Source of the DNA: Antedon mediterranea
Taxonomy: Eukaryota > Animalia > Echinodermata
Direction of reading: 5' to 3'
Assembly (NCBI RefSeq): GCF_964355755.1
Contig: NC_092675.1
Span: 7,745,812-7,809,811 of the forward strand
Length of the DNA stretch: 64,000 nucleotides
Made by a program: the position numbers and the translations under genes. The notes beneath the pieces were generated by a model. It ran no database searches. It saw only the letters and a program-made list of their open reading frames with translations, and had not been told where the DNA came from. Numbering within the stretch: the first letter of the stretch is position 1; the number at the start of each line of letters is the position of its first letter. Of the stretch, positions 1-12,846 are shown piece after piece.

Positions 1-918
1 AATGTTAATATATTAATTAATTTCATATATTATTTAACATTGTTTATGGTGAGATAGAACATTAGTGGTTAATGTATACTATATACTGTAGTAATCTTAA
101 TCCACAATAATGTTAATTTTAAGTCAATTTCATATTTGTATCATTTAATATTGTTTATGGTGAGATAAACTAAAACAAGTAATTTTATTCCAAAACAATT
201 ATTTTGCCATATTATAGACTATAGGTGAAGTAATATAAAAGCATACTAGTTAATATTATATATGGTATATAAATTATTAAACAATATTGTAAATGGTATA
301 TCAAAAATCTAGTGGTGGTTTGTTATTTTTTATAGAGATTTAATATTTATTATCTGATATGTCACTGCATTATGTGTGCTACATTAAGTGTTTGTGTATT
401 TATTGCAAATCCATTTTGGATTATCATCAGGTAGTTTTAAATTGGTGTGCTAAAATGCCTATGTTACTGATACTTCATTTCATTTTATGTTTTTATATAT
501 ATTTTTTAATGTTTTTCATTTAACTAAAACTATAGATTACAAGTCTGAAAAAGTAACATAATGTTCACTAGTATTAGAATCAAAATTAAGCCGAAATGAA
601 GTATACATTTTCAACTTGGTTAAAAGGTGTTAATGAACATACATAAAGTATGATAATTTAATATTACTATAAACTTTTTAAAATTATTATTTATATCACC
701 ATTGAGAAAAATAAATACTATAATATTATTAAATTCAATGGATCGTCTGTCATTTAAGTTGTGGAATTGATGATTTTTAAGATTTGAATGCAGAAATAGG
801 TTTATATACAATTATAACACAGGAAACAAGAACAAGAAAGCATACACGTTGTACTGTACACCAAAACACATTCAAAAGTACCAAAAAGCATAGGAGAAAC
901 AAATGTTTGGCCACAAAA

Positions 919-1021
919 TACAAGGCCATATACATGGCTGCAGTCGCGTGCTCAAGTTAGTGCTTACCGACCGACCAACCGACATAGTGAGCTGTAGAGT
1001 CGCGTTGCACGCAACTAAAAA
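919..1021 (-). mobile_element. Helentron-associated (HINE/DINE-like) miniature element
   Basis: Minus strand reads TTTTTAGTTGCGTGCAACGCGACTCTACAG...(GTCG)n microsatellite...CACGCGACT...GCCATGTATATGGC stem-loop then CTTGT. T-rich start, short internal repeat, microsatellite and 3' hairpin fit HINE architecture. Confidence 0.5.
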
Positions 1022-2516
1022 CTGGCTATACTGTGTCACAAAGCAATTTCTACAAACAAATTTAAAAGCAGCTTTAGGTCTACAAGAAACAATTAAAATC
1101 ACACATTGGTTTACTAATTTAAACAAAAAAGACCAACAGAAAAACAATATACTGTAACACCGCGAAAATGAAAATAGGACAAAAATGTTATTTTTGACGT
1201 ACCCCCTCTAGAGATTTATATAATGTATAATATTCATTTCTTGTTTTATTATTTAACTATTATTTAACCATCAAATATGTAGAATAATAAATTGCTTTAT
1301 AAGTAGAGATACTGTAAATAATGTGCTAAACTGTTATTAACCGTTGCAATAAGCAATTCATTTTATTCTTTATTCAACAAAAACAATTTAAAAGCAAAAT
1401 GGATCTAGTTTATAGCTATCGTAAATAAACGTGTTCTATTTAAAAATTTTATTTCAGAAGAAGGGATATATTATAAATTATGTCAGTTCTCTGCAACTAC
1501 AGAATAAAGTATACAATTGTAGTTTTTAGATGTGTAGCAGGCGTTTAGTCTGTAAGTTACGTGAAAGGGTAGCTGTATTGTTTATACAGTATAAATAAAG
1601 TATCTTTCAAAATTGATAATAACCAAACCTATTTTACAGAGGTGAGAACAAGCAAGCGTTGTAAAATAAGTCTCTAAACAAAGTTCCTTTTGTAAACAAA
1701 GTTGTTATGTGTTATGTCCTACGTGAATTTTTCGCAGAATTATATGATAGGAATTTTACTGATTTGTCAATGCCTTAATTAGAATACAATGTCATTAAAA
1801 TTGTTATGATATATCTTTTTCTGACAAAAATTTCCACTATCCGAGTAAATTTGTGTAAATTTCCAATCTTTAAAAAACTAAATAAAGTAGGCCTACTTTA
1901 GGGCTAAATGTAGCACCACAAAAAGAACTTATTATGACTCTACCCTTTAGTTTACATTAAAAGCTGATTAGTTCATAACATGTTACAGAATTAGTTAACA
2001 TTTGAATGGTTAAATTCAAGAGTATAATTTACATAATAAATCAAATCTCAAAAACTGCTTATTTACAAAAACTTGGAATAAAAATAAAAATTATTTTGTT
2101 GTTTTTACTTTCAATATGTTTAAAATAATTATATAATTTCCAAGTAAATATTATAAACCTGTTAACAATTTGTATAAAAAATTATCTAGAATACAGTTGT
2201 TTTGTTTACAGTATTTGATAGCAAAAATTACTTTAATAACGAACTGAGCCATGTATTTAATGGTGCTCAAACTTGTTCTGTTTCAGTAAGCGTCAGATAA
2301 AGCACATTGGAAACGTTTTTAATAACCTGTAACTTAACTTGAAATTTGTTCAAATAAAACAAGTAAAAATGGAACATAAACAATGTTAGTTACATAGAAT
2401 GTTAAAATGTTGATTTCATATATTACATTTCTGGAGACAACTTGTTATGTTGCCAATAAAGAGAAAATAAATAAATAAATAGTTGTCTTTATATATATAA
2501 TTTGAATATAAAGAAG

Positions 2517-2711
2517 TTACTTGTTAGATTGGCAGTGAATATCTTTGTAAAATATTCCAAGCGCTTGTTTGAACTGTTCCATCTCTTGCTCAATCTTGTG
2601 AATTCTTTCAAGTGTAGCAAAGAGCGTCTGTAGTTTCTCCTGCATTATCTGTCCATTTCGTTCGTAGCACTGAAACATGTGTAGATCAACAGCTTTGCAG
2701 GTTTCAGTCAC
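2517..2711 (-). CDS. SYCE2: SYCE2-like synaptonemal complex central element protein, coding exon 3 (last)
   Basis: Acceptor TTTTTTAG at 2712-2719, phase 0. VTETCKAVDLHMFQCYERNGQIMQEKLQTLFATLERIHKIEQEMEQFKQALGIFYKDI resembles the SYCE2 core (YQIYNDHNKIIQEKLQEF...KISHLETELKQV...YKDL, recalled from the mammalian protein). Stop TAA at 2517-2519. Confidence 0.85.
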   Translation of the reverse strand: MTETCKAVDLHMFQCYERNGQIMQEKLQTLFATLERIHKIEQEMEQFKQALGIFYKDIHCQSNK

Positions 2712-4229
2712 CTAAAAAAAAGTTTGAAGAAAAGGAAAGCTTTTAAATATTATTAAACAAAAATTAAAAAGGGCTGGAATAAAATATATCTGTCACTCTA
2801 GCATGACAAGACAATGAGATAATTTAATTTAACTAAATACAAAATATTAATAATTATACTCAAAAATAAAAAATATAGTACAAGAACCCCTATTTAAGGA
2901 GACACCTTCGGGACCAACACAGTTTGATTGACAGGGCAGTGTGCCCATTAAAAGGGTTGTCCTAAACGAGGGGCTCTACTAACACTTGCAATATTGTACA
3001 TTAATTAACTTTGACTTTTACATTTCACAACAAAATAAGTACAGTAGTTTAGATTACATTATGGCCTAAATACTATAGCAAACTAGATCGGCAATTTGGT
3101 GAAAATGCCAGAGGCTAGTAGAATATTGAACAAAGTACAGTAGAAGTAGAGAATATAGCTAAAATATGAATTTAATCTATTAGGCTCTGACTAGTTTGAC
3201 AAAAAAAAGTGTAATGTGCCCAAATATGGTAGTGATATGACATCATGTCCATTATGATTTTTTTGTCATATAAAGTTTGATAGTGTAGACAGAGTTTAAC
3301 TGGCCAACATTAATGTAAAATGCTTCTGGATTATAAGCAAAATAAGAGCAACATAATATTTGAATCTGTTTTTGCATTTTTAATTTAGCTTTTTTAAGTT
3401 TAAATAGAAAGTTTCTTCCATTAATGCAACTTAAATAACAACAGTAGCTTATTGGTTTTTTAAAAATAGGCTGTCTTCCTGATCCAGTGGCGGATCCTGG
3501 ATTTTAAACAAAAAATATTGTGGTAATGATTCAAAGTGGTGAACTTAGCACAACAATGTCCTATCTTTTGCTGTCCTTTTGGAACAAAAGTGTAGCCTTA
3601 TGATTTTGATAAGACAGTCTGTAATTCATGTTTTAGTATTATTAATCATAGAACTACAACAATTAGAGTATGTCAAGACTAATCACTCAAGGAACATTGA
3701 ACTGTAATTTTTATTTTCTTTCTACAAGCATCATTAGATACAAATCAGTATTATTATGTCTATTTTTAGTAACAATGTACTGTAATTATACAACCATACA
3801 GTAAAATATATTTAATACGTATTATCTGAACAAAACATTAACCTTCGACACATTATCACTATCATATTTGGGCATATCACTACCATTTTTGGGCACATCA
3901 AACTTTTGATAGTGTAGCCATAGTTTTAGAGAACTCAAATCAGGGTTTACTGTATAATTTACTTAAAGAGAACACAGAAAGAAAGTGAAATTAGCTATGC
4001 ACCAGATTTGATAAAACTGTGCATTATTTTTATTACATCCATCAGAAAATGACTTATTTGTCACAAAAATAAGACTCTCATGGGCCTGTGACCTAAAGGT
4101 AAATAAAGGCAGAACATTCTGTAATAATGAATGAACGATATGAATGAAAATATTTAATATTACTTTCTGCATTGTTAGTTAGTTTAAATTATAATAGTCA
4201 GTATAAAAAAATACATCATTTAAACTTAC

Positions 4230-4416
4230 CTTTTCTTCCAGATCTTTTTTAAAATCGCTGATAAGAGCTGCATCTGATTTTCGTTTAAGGTTTAGATCAT
4301 GAATTAATTGCTGTGCGGTTTCTTGAATACTTTCTCTAGTTGTTTGCATTGCCAGACCTAATTTAGTAGAATGTTTAACTAGTCCTGACTGGGCTGCTGC
4401 TGACTCTGTGGGAGCA
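4230..4416 (-). CDS. SYCE2: SYCE2-like protein, coding exon 2
   Basis: AG acceptor at 4417-4418 and GTAAG donor at 4225-4229. 187 nt, phase 2 in and phase 0 out. Encodes ...RESIQETAQQLIHDLNLKRKSDAALISDFKKDLEEK, similar to the SYCE2 'AQELIENINKSRQKDHALMTNFRNSLKTK' segment. Not in the ORF track. Confidence 0.85.
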
Positions 4417-4702
4417 CTATTTATAGATATTTAACAGTTTAGAATAGAATAGATTATAAAATAAATATAAATAAATCAATTATTAAATAAATTGTATTGT
4501 ATGCTGGTTATATTGCGATGAATATGTTATCAAAATCATATAAGTAGGCTACATTTGAGAACACATTATTGCTTGGGTTCGAGTCCCACCAAAAAATTGC
4601 TTGCGAATTTGTTAGAATGTATTGTATCAAGTACATTTAGAGAGTATGGCAAAACGTGTGAACAATTAAATTAACTAGATCCCTATAACTAACTATTCTA
4701 AC

Positions 4703-4785
4703 CTTTGCTGAAACTGTGTAGCTCCATCTCCTGTAGGTGGTTCAAGCAGGTCTATACTAGCAGGTATCCCACCAGGGTGGCTCAT
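4703..4785 (-). CDS. SYCE2: SYCE2-like protein, coding exon 1 (ATG at 4785; the exon itself starts at 4812)
   Basis: MSHPGGIPASIDLLEPPTGDGATQFQQ plus AG, then GTTAG donor. Phase 2 joins exon 2 in frame. Upstream acceptor CTTTTCAG at 4813-4820. Total CDS 83+187+195=465 nt = 154 aa plus stop. Confidence 0.75.
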
Positions 4786-4869
4786 GACTGTGATTAGTGA
4801 TCAGCAAATTCCCTGAAAAGCCTGGAACTATCCTATATTTTACTATACAGAATAATAGAATTGTTATAC

Positions 4870-5770
4870 ACTATTAGGCCTCCATCCAAGTCCCAGTATA
4901 ATAGGCCCAGGCCATATTTATACCACACATGACAAAAAAATGTTTAGGCCCTAGGCCTAGGGTTATCAAATCTATTTTGTTGGAGAGAGAAGAGTAGCTG
5001 CCCTCTCTGTTACTTTTATGAAATATCACCAATCAATAACATTATTTATAAAAAATATTAATATAGGCCTAGCCTAGAGGTTAAGCCTCCTCTTGGCCTA
5101 CTACTAGGCCTAGGTAGGCCTACATTTTATTTGTGTAAAGCAAGATAAAGAATGATCAAACTAGCCTGGCCTACTAGGTAGGTAGGAGGCCTATAGTATA
5201 ATAAAAGGCATAGGCCTATAGGCTACTACTACTAGGCCTAGGTAGGCCCATATATTATATGCCTACAAAATACACTCCTGGCAAGCAATATTATTAGGCC
5301 TAATTCAAGATTTTAGTTAATGACTAGCCTCTAGCTAGGCCTAGGCCCTGGTATGCCTAGCTAGGCTAGTCAAAAAAAGTAATATTCCCTCTCTAGGCCT
5401 AGGCCTATACTATTAATTACTACTAGCTACTGGCTAGTTAGTAGGCCTATCTAGCCGGCCTAGCATAGAATAGGCCTAGATTAGGCCAGCCTAGCATTCC
5501 ATAGGCCTAGAGGCCTACTGAGGCTTACAACTACTACTTAATATATGCCTACTAGGCCTAGGCCTAGCTCTAGGCTAGGTTAGGCTGGCCTAACTAGGGC
5601 CTAGCCTACTCTAGTAGGCCTAGGCCTAACTACTAGCCGTCCTAGGCTAGGCTAGGCTAGGCTAGTCGGCCTAGTGTGTGGCGGCCGGTTTATTAGGCAG
5701 GCATTAGGCCTAGCCTAGAGGCCTAGCCTAGCCTATCTATGACTATGTCTAGGCTAGCCTAGTTAGGCAT
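4870..5770. repeat. Low-complexity tract of TAGGCCTA/CTAG/GGCC palindromic words
   Basis: Dozens of irregularly spaced TAGGCCTA, AGGCCT, CTAG and TAGGC words; not a fixed-period tandem repeat. A smaller tract lies at 7120-7250. Confidence 0.9.
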
Positions 5771-5795
5771 ATAATTATCTACTCTTGTTATTCAC

Positions 5796-7091
5796 CTCTC
5801 TTTCTTTTTAAATATTTGTCACCGAACTTCAAATTAAGACGATTTTTGTTTACACAGAGAGTACGAAGAGGGGCGCTGATGATGATCGGCTCTCTTTTCC
5901 TCAGATCATCACACCACAGGGGGAGAGAGAGAGACACTAGAGAGACACGGGCGGGCGCGGCGGGGATCGGAAAGCATGCTGCTACATCATCTCTACTCGC
6001 TCTATCGCGCGTTCCCACTGCAACACTTGACCTTTTGACCGCAACGTGAAAAAACTTTTCTCCAATCAGCATGCAGAGCGCGCGAAGTACAGCTAACGAT
6101 TGTGTGTTCTTAAATTTTGTGTTTTCCCGTGTTTCATTATTATTATTTCAACCATTGAAGAAAACCCACTATTATAATTATTAGATTTCTAATTCTACAG
6201 AAGGGTTACCCGAAAGCTCTACAATTTCTTTATCGACTGTTTTACTTCGTTTTGGTTTAGGTTTTTGGTTATTTTAGTTTTATCCCCTTTGAGATCCAGC
6301 CACATTTTTCAGTAATATGCCTTTGATTCATATATTATTAGATTTTATTTCTAATTTCAACAACATAATATATATATGTCCAATCCCTTTCCGTGTGATA
6401 TTGACTTCATGGGGGGGGGGGGGGGGGGTGGTAGGCCTAGTGTTACCAAAGTCTGGAAAGTAAATAAATTCGTTTTTTGATACAGATTATTTTGGTGATA
6501 AATATTTATAATCTATATATAAATAACGACACTAAGCACATACACTGACAACAAAATAAACAGCTTCTGATACAGTACAGATACAGTACTTTATTTTGAC
6601 ATGTCAATGCTGTGTTATAGTAGTGGTACAGAATAATACAAGTTGTTACTGTTGATTGGTGGTAAATGTTTACAATCGTTACCTCGCAACCGCAACCTAA
6701 AATAAAAGAGAGGAGGCGTTTGTTGTAGTAGTCATGGGAATAACCTTTATTTTGATGACCTCTATTCTTTTCTGTTATGTTGTTATGTTGACTTACTTCG
6801 CTACGCATCACTGCGTTGCCGATGTTTGAGAGTCGATCGTGTGTCGCGCCGGGGATGTGATCCATCGATCGAGTAGGAGAGTGGATCTGAGAGCCACGAA
6901 CATCGTCGCCGCCGCGGCGAAGAAGGATCATAGCTAGCTTTGCACTGCCTGGCTGCTGGGCCGTTCGGCAAAGAAGACATGTCTTGATGTTTTTAATAAC
7001 CTAGTAGTCCTCTTGTCTATCTACTAGTACTGGAGACTTCGTCGTACAGTTTTTTTTCAATCTTTCTTATTGCAAATAGAATGAATGAATG
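5796..7091. promoter_or_regulatory. CpG-rich bidirectional promoter with putative non-coding first exons of SYCE2-like (-) and NIM1K-like (+)
   Basis: Two GC/CpG-rich blocks (5870-6100, 6790-6970) in otherwise CpG-poor DNA. CCAATCAG at about 6062. Minus-strand donors GAG|GTGAAT at 5795 and AA|GTAAGT at about 6796; plus-strand donor ATG|GTATGT at 7092. Confidence 0.6.
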
Positions 7092-7349
7092 GTATGTATG
7101 AAATTTATTTAAATTCATTTCCTAGCTAGGCCTAGCCTAACTAGCCCACCTAGCTAACTAGGCTAGTAGGCCTAGGCCTGGCCATCCCCAACCAGGCCCT
7201 TTAAAGTTTAGGCCTACATGATTTGTTAGCTAGGACTTGGGCTTAGGCCCTTGTCTTGGTCTATGCCTACTATGCGTGGCATGTTGTGGGAACCATAGAT
7301 TGTTTCACAGAGCTCGACAGTGTTTGGATTTGTGTTGTTACATTCAATG

Positions 7350-8059
7350 GGATTAGGCCAAGTTGAGCCGCCGACAAGTTGAGCCGCCACCAGAAAAACG
7401 TTATTTTTTATGGAACGCCAAATGCTAACTTTCGCCGGTGCTCGTTCAATTTATATTAGGGATCGATGTACATTCAAAAGTTTATATATCATGGTTTTTA
7501 GTATATATATTATTAAATATTATAATTAAAGAAATAATTATGAAAATCTGGCTTGTAGATTCCAAAATATAAAACATCACCGAAAGTGATCGTTTTTAGC
7601 CAAAAATGACGTAAACAACTAGGTAGGCTTACTCCATTTTTCGGTAAAATAATTACATAAAATCACGTTTTTTAGTAAAATATTTTGTGTATTAACATTG
7701 TAAAATTCAATAAAATATGATATTAAAAGATTAGTAAATAAAAAATAATATTTATTTAACCTCATTCGAAGAATGTTAATACTCTATTAATTAGTCCTGA
7801 GAGAGGACAACGTGACTTTACGTGGTAGGCCTACACGCGGCGAGAAAAATTATATTACTACTTTCCTTTGCTGTGTTGTTAATTATAATATGTAATTATA
7901 TATTATTTATTTTCATGACACAATAAACCAAGACCATGAACTTATGTACTAGGACACCATCCTAATCACTACGCGAAATGTCGTAAAAGACGCATGCACT
8001 GGGCGTTTCATAGAAATCACCGGCGGCTCAACTTGTCGGCGGCCCAACCGGTCATATCC
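7350..8059. mobile_element. Mutator (MULE)-like non-autonomous element
   Basis: TIRs GGATTAGGCCAAGTTGAGCCGCCGACAAGTTGAGCCGCC and GGCGGCTCAACTTGTCGGCGGCCCAACCGGTCATATCC. Perfect 9-bp TSD CATTCAATG at 7341-7349 and 8060-8068. Confidence 0.8.
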
Positions 8060-11000
8060 CATTCAATGTAGGCCTAGATTATAGCTTTGGCTGGCTATAG
8101 AACTACCAAGCTACTAGACTAGGCAAATAAATTAAGCACGTAATAATGTATTACTTAAATGTATTGTTTACTCTTCTATTCAACATTTCATATGGAATTT
8201 ATTTTATTTCAAAAGCAATTTTCTCATTGAAAAAACATGTGCAACAAAATAGTTTACCATGAATGAATTAACAATAATGCAAGTTGCTATAGGCCTAGGC
8301 CTAGATACCAGGTCAAAAATAAAAAGGGCGTGATGCACTCAGAATGTCAGCCAATTGGTTATCCAAAACATTACTACAGGAATTAAAAGTTGAAAGTCAA
8401 GACTGTGAAAATTTAGAAAGATGGGTTTGTCATAGATTATGGAAATTCATCCATAAAAAACCCTGCTGATGTCCTATCTTTTGCATTTTAAATTTCAAAA
8501 TTAAGGCAGATGCAAATTTGTTATTCACAAATTTATACACTAGTTTATGCATGAAAAGAATGTTTCTCTACGTATGCAGTGGGATACTGTAGCTGTCGGC
8601 TGTCATTCATTGTGTCTGTCATTTTAGTTTCATTTCTTGTGTAGGGAGGTTAGTGTGGCGCGGTATTTGCTGGTTTATTGAGATTTTATTTAGATTATCA
8701 TTGAAGCTTTTTCTGCCAATAATAAATACAGTCAATAGATATACCATTTGTGGAGAGGGATGTTCAATTATGAATGTTCTGCATACAAATGATTTATCAC
8801 TCTTTGAGAAGAAATGCTTACAGTACTTACTTTATCCAGGTACTTATCACCACTGCTGGTTTGTATAGTATTTGACTTAATTAAAACCACATTGAGAAAC
8901 TTTATATAAAGTACTCATGTAATACTCTGAAATACTCATATTAATATGTTCAAACTATTATAGATTTCAATACAGGTAAAATAGAAGACAATACATGTTA
9001 GTTTAAAAGGTGTTTTTATAAAAAGTTTGATAGTGTAGACAGAGCATAAGAAATGTGTAAAAAGCAATTCTCCTTGAGATGAAACAGGCTGAATATTAAA
9101 CGAAGCAATTTCAGTAAATTTGTTCAACGGATGTTGTAGTACAGTGTAAAGTGTTAAATAATGGATTTCTTGCCTCTCCTTGTAAGGTAATCCTGACAAT
9201 TAATTTTGTCTGAAGTTGCTCCCTGTGTGCTCACAATAATTGATAGTAGCAGGCTAAATTGTACGATTGTATAGAAGATTTAAAAAAGGATTCTTTACAG
9301 TTTAAATTTAACTATGTTTCCAATATTGTTAATGCCAATTACACTCAATAGTTCGGAAATCCAGTCAATATTTAGGGCAATTTGAATTCACCCCAGTAAC
9401 TATTGATTTCTACGTCAATAAATTCATTTATATATAGTCTTCAGCCATTATTTTATATAAACTGTCTGTCTCTATTAGATCACACTGTTCTATGAATAGC
9501 AAACTCATGACCCCCTTGCAGTTAGTGCGAAAAGACATTTTAACTGTGACCAAAATAAAGCAAAACTTTCTGTTCAATTCCACTTAATGGTTGCACTGTA
9601 ATGATCGTAAATAAAATTTATTGTTTCTACACCATGTCAGAAGAAAACATTTACGCACACATGTTTTTAAAATAACTACGAATAATAAATAATTAAAAAC
9701 ACTTTGATAAATGCAGCTTAGGCCATAAATCATAATCAACTCTGTGTTTTAAAAATTAATTCATTGCTTTAAATTTATTTAAAGGGATGTTTATAACATT
9801 ATAGTGCTAAAGAACAAGATATACGGTGGATTATTTTTGCTATAAACACAAATATAAAATCGTTGAAATAAAACACCTGAACGTTTGAAACATAACATTT
9901 CAGTTATGATATATTTATAGTCATTCTGATTTTTTTTTACCACAACACTTATTTTTCATAATTATTCATTCATGCCTGTTTATTTGTACCACGTGTATCA
10001 AAAGCATATGAATTTTACTATATAACTATCCCTTCCCCACTAATAAGAAAGTGCTTATTTTCAACATAATCCCTAAAATTATGAAACATTGAAGATTGTT
10101 CTGATCGATAATTTTTTGTTGGTATGTATGACATTCGATATTTTTTGCCCACACCCGGCTTTTAAAGCTAGTATATTTTTAAATTAAATTGGATTCTGTA
10201 TCCTAATATAATTTAAATTAATTACAAATTTAAATTCATTAATTTAAATAATCTAAATCAATAACATTAACAATAAAGCAACAAAATAATAATTGTCACT
10301 CAAAAGCCAAACAACTCACTCCATCACTGCCCTTGTCGCTACTCCATGAATATTAATTAAATAATTTATGGCATGTCATATAATTTATGATGTGGATACT
10401 ACATGGTGGACAATGCATCAATTAGCCCTCGACAAATTTTTGTTCATAATAATATAATCAACTACAGTAGAAATGTGTACATGTTAAAATAACCTTTAAC
10501 AAGAATTGTCGTCATTAACTTTGCTAAATCAACAGTGGCTTGGATCTGATAATTAACCAGAAGCTACTAAGAAACCAAGTTAATGTGATTATTTAATTGA
10601 GCCGTTTGCAATTACCGGTGCTGCATGTGTGAGTTAAAGAGATTCTGATGCTGAATTGAGATAATTTTGTAATGTTCTATGTATGGTCGGTAAGCATGAT
10701 ATTTGACAATTTAACAAAAGCGTGGCAAATTCCATGGTAACGCCTCATTTACAGTATGTAAAGTTAACTTGTAATTTTAGTTCTATTCTACTTTATGTAC
10801 AACTTACCATTATTGTACTTCAATGAAATAGAACTAATTTTGAATGACACAGTTATATAGTGGAATCATATTTTTTTATACAGTCGCAGGAAAAGCTTTT
10901 CTATTTTGTCATCAATAATTTATCAAAATTACTATACTATAACTTGAATTTGATGTTTTTATTTGACCTAGGATTTTTATTTTTACGCATTATAAAAAAT

Positions 11001-12514
11001 TATCCACCCATATACTGTACACTTGTCCGTTGTCACAAATCAATACAAATTTTCAACTGCCCTACACCATATTAGTAGACTCTATTGCAAATCATTTTTA
11101 TTATCGTCAGATTCAGATTATGATTAGATGATAACTTGTTTTGCAAAGTGAATTCTATAGATTTTACATTTAATTACTTTATAATAGATAAGATGATCCA
11201 CAGTACATCATTACATTCCTCCGTATGCTGTACTGTATAGATTGTATCAGTTATATTGTTTGAACTAAAAAAACAAAATAATTACTAAGTATAATTCCTA
11301 ACTACAGGAAATCATAAATGTATCTACATGTACGTTGCAACTAAAAAATGGTTATTAAACACAAACTGCTTATCTGTAAAATTATCTGGTTTTTCATTGA
11401 TCCAATATATTAAAGTATGTATTTACTGTGTGATGATTAAAATAGATCAGATAACTGAATGTTGCCATTCTTTGGTCTTTCCTTCAAGTTGCCAACCACA
11501 CTACTGTAGTTATGCTTAAATTTTACTTTATTTCATTCATAAAAAAAACAAACTTTTCATATATAGCCAATCACAGTTTTCTTTGTGCGGATGTTTAGTT
11601 TTGAAATGGATGAGCACTCAAATTACTCGTCAACATCAACACATAGCATGAGGCACTTATACACCTGACTATGGAGGTATTGTATTTCTAGCTAGAGTAC
11701 ATCCAATGATTATGGGTCGATAATCTTACTGACGACCAACCCTTCATCCTTATGTATAGCTGTATCAAGTTTGATGAGAATATAATTCTAAAAAGTTGAA
11801 CTACACATGTTATTAAATTCTAGCCTCATCAAAAATACTATTCATTTGATTGTTCTTTGATAGTATTATGGATACATGGAAATACATCTCTTTAATGTGA
11901 TAAGGCTTAAGATTAAGTAATTGATTGTTTAGGATTATAGAATTTAATCTCTGTAATTTTTTACCTATAAATAATAATCTGAACAAGGTTAGCCTTGTAC
12001 TGTACAGATTACAATAGAACATGATGAAAATAATGGATCATGTAATTGTAAACATACAGTATAATGACAGATAATTGTACTCAATATAATTTATTTGAAA
12101 TAATACATATATTATTATGCAAGGGACTTAAATTTAATAACTCTATGTTTATGTTAAATTGTATGCTCTCTGCATCATTTGAACATTATCATTTTCGCAA
12201 TATAAGTGAATAAATTATGAATCCACACAAATAACCTTACCAATTACAATACTCTGTATCTACTGTCATTGGTAGTACAGTACAACAAGTGCAAACCAGT
12301 ATACTGTATGAGGTGACTAAATTATAAATGATATACGAAAGATGAAACCATTTGATATTTGTCCTTGCATCCTACCTATACTGTAGCTACATTCAACAAA
12401 TTATGATTTAATATAATAGTAATATTATTATTGCATAAGAGACAATGCATCATATTGTTATCTCAATCTCATACAGTTGGTTTTGAGCAGTATACAAAGA
12501 TCATCTATAAAAAA

Positions 12515-12846
12515 ATAAACGAATGTGCGATACTCGGGGTACAGCAAAAGAAGCTGTAATTACATCATAAGACGGGATACACACACATCAATAGCTACCA
12601 AATACGGCTATATGGTACCATCTTCAAAACGTCATATGGCTGCATCCGGTTTGAAATTAAAAAATCCGGCTCTACAGCTTTGAGGACATGTCCCTGTAGT
12701 ATATTCATGCCAAATCCCAGCTCAATACTACAACGAATAAGGGAGGAGTAGTACTTTATAAATCGCACTTTCTACTTAATTGTGTCCAGATTGAGGAGGA
12801 GGAGGAGGAGAAAATAAGTCCTAGACTCGGGTACCCCGTGTAATAA
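12515..12846 (+). mobile_element. HINE/Helentron-like small element
   Basis: Starts after an A-run (AAAC GAATGTGCGATACTCGGGGTAC); contains a (GAG)n microsatellite; ends with a CGGGTACCCCG hairpin-like sequence and TAATAA. Confidence 0.35.

Noticed and set aside
6410-6430. Poly-G tract (and poly-C at 51735-51749) as a functional element
   Set aside because: Simple homopolymers with no further evidence.
5788-6931. ORFs 5788-6072, 5816-6049 and 6506-6931 as proteins
   Set aside because: By-products of GC-rich promoter/UTR sequence with no recognisable domain.
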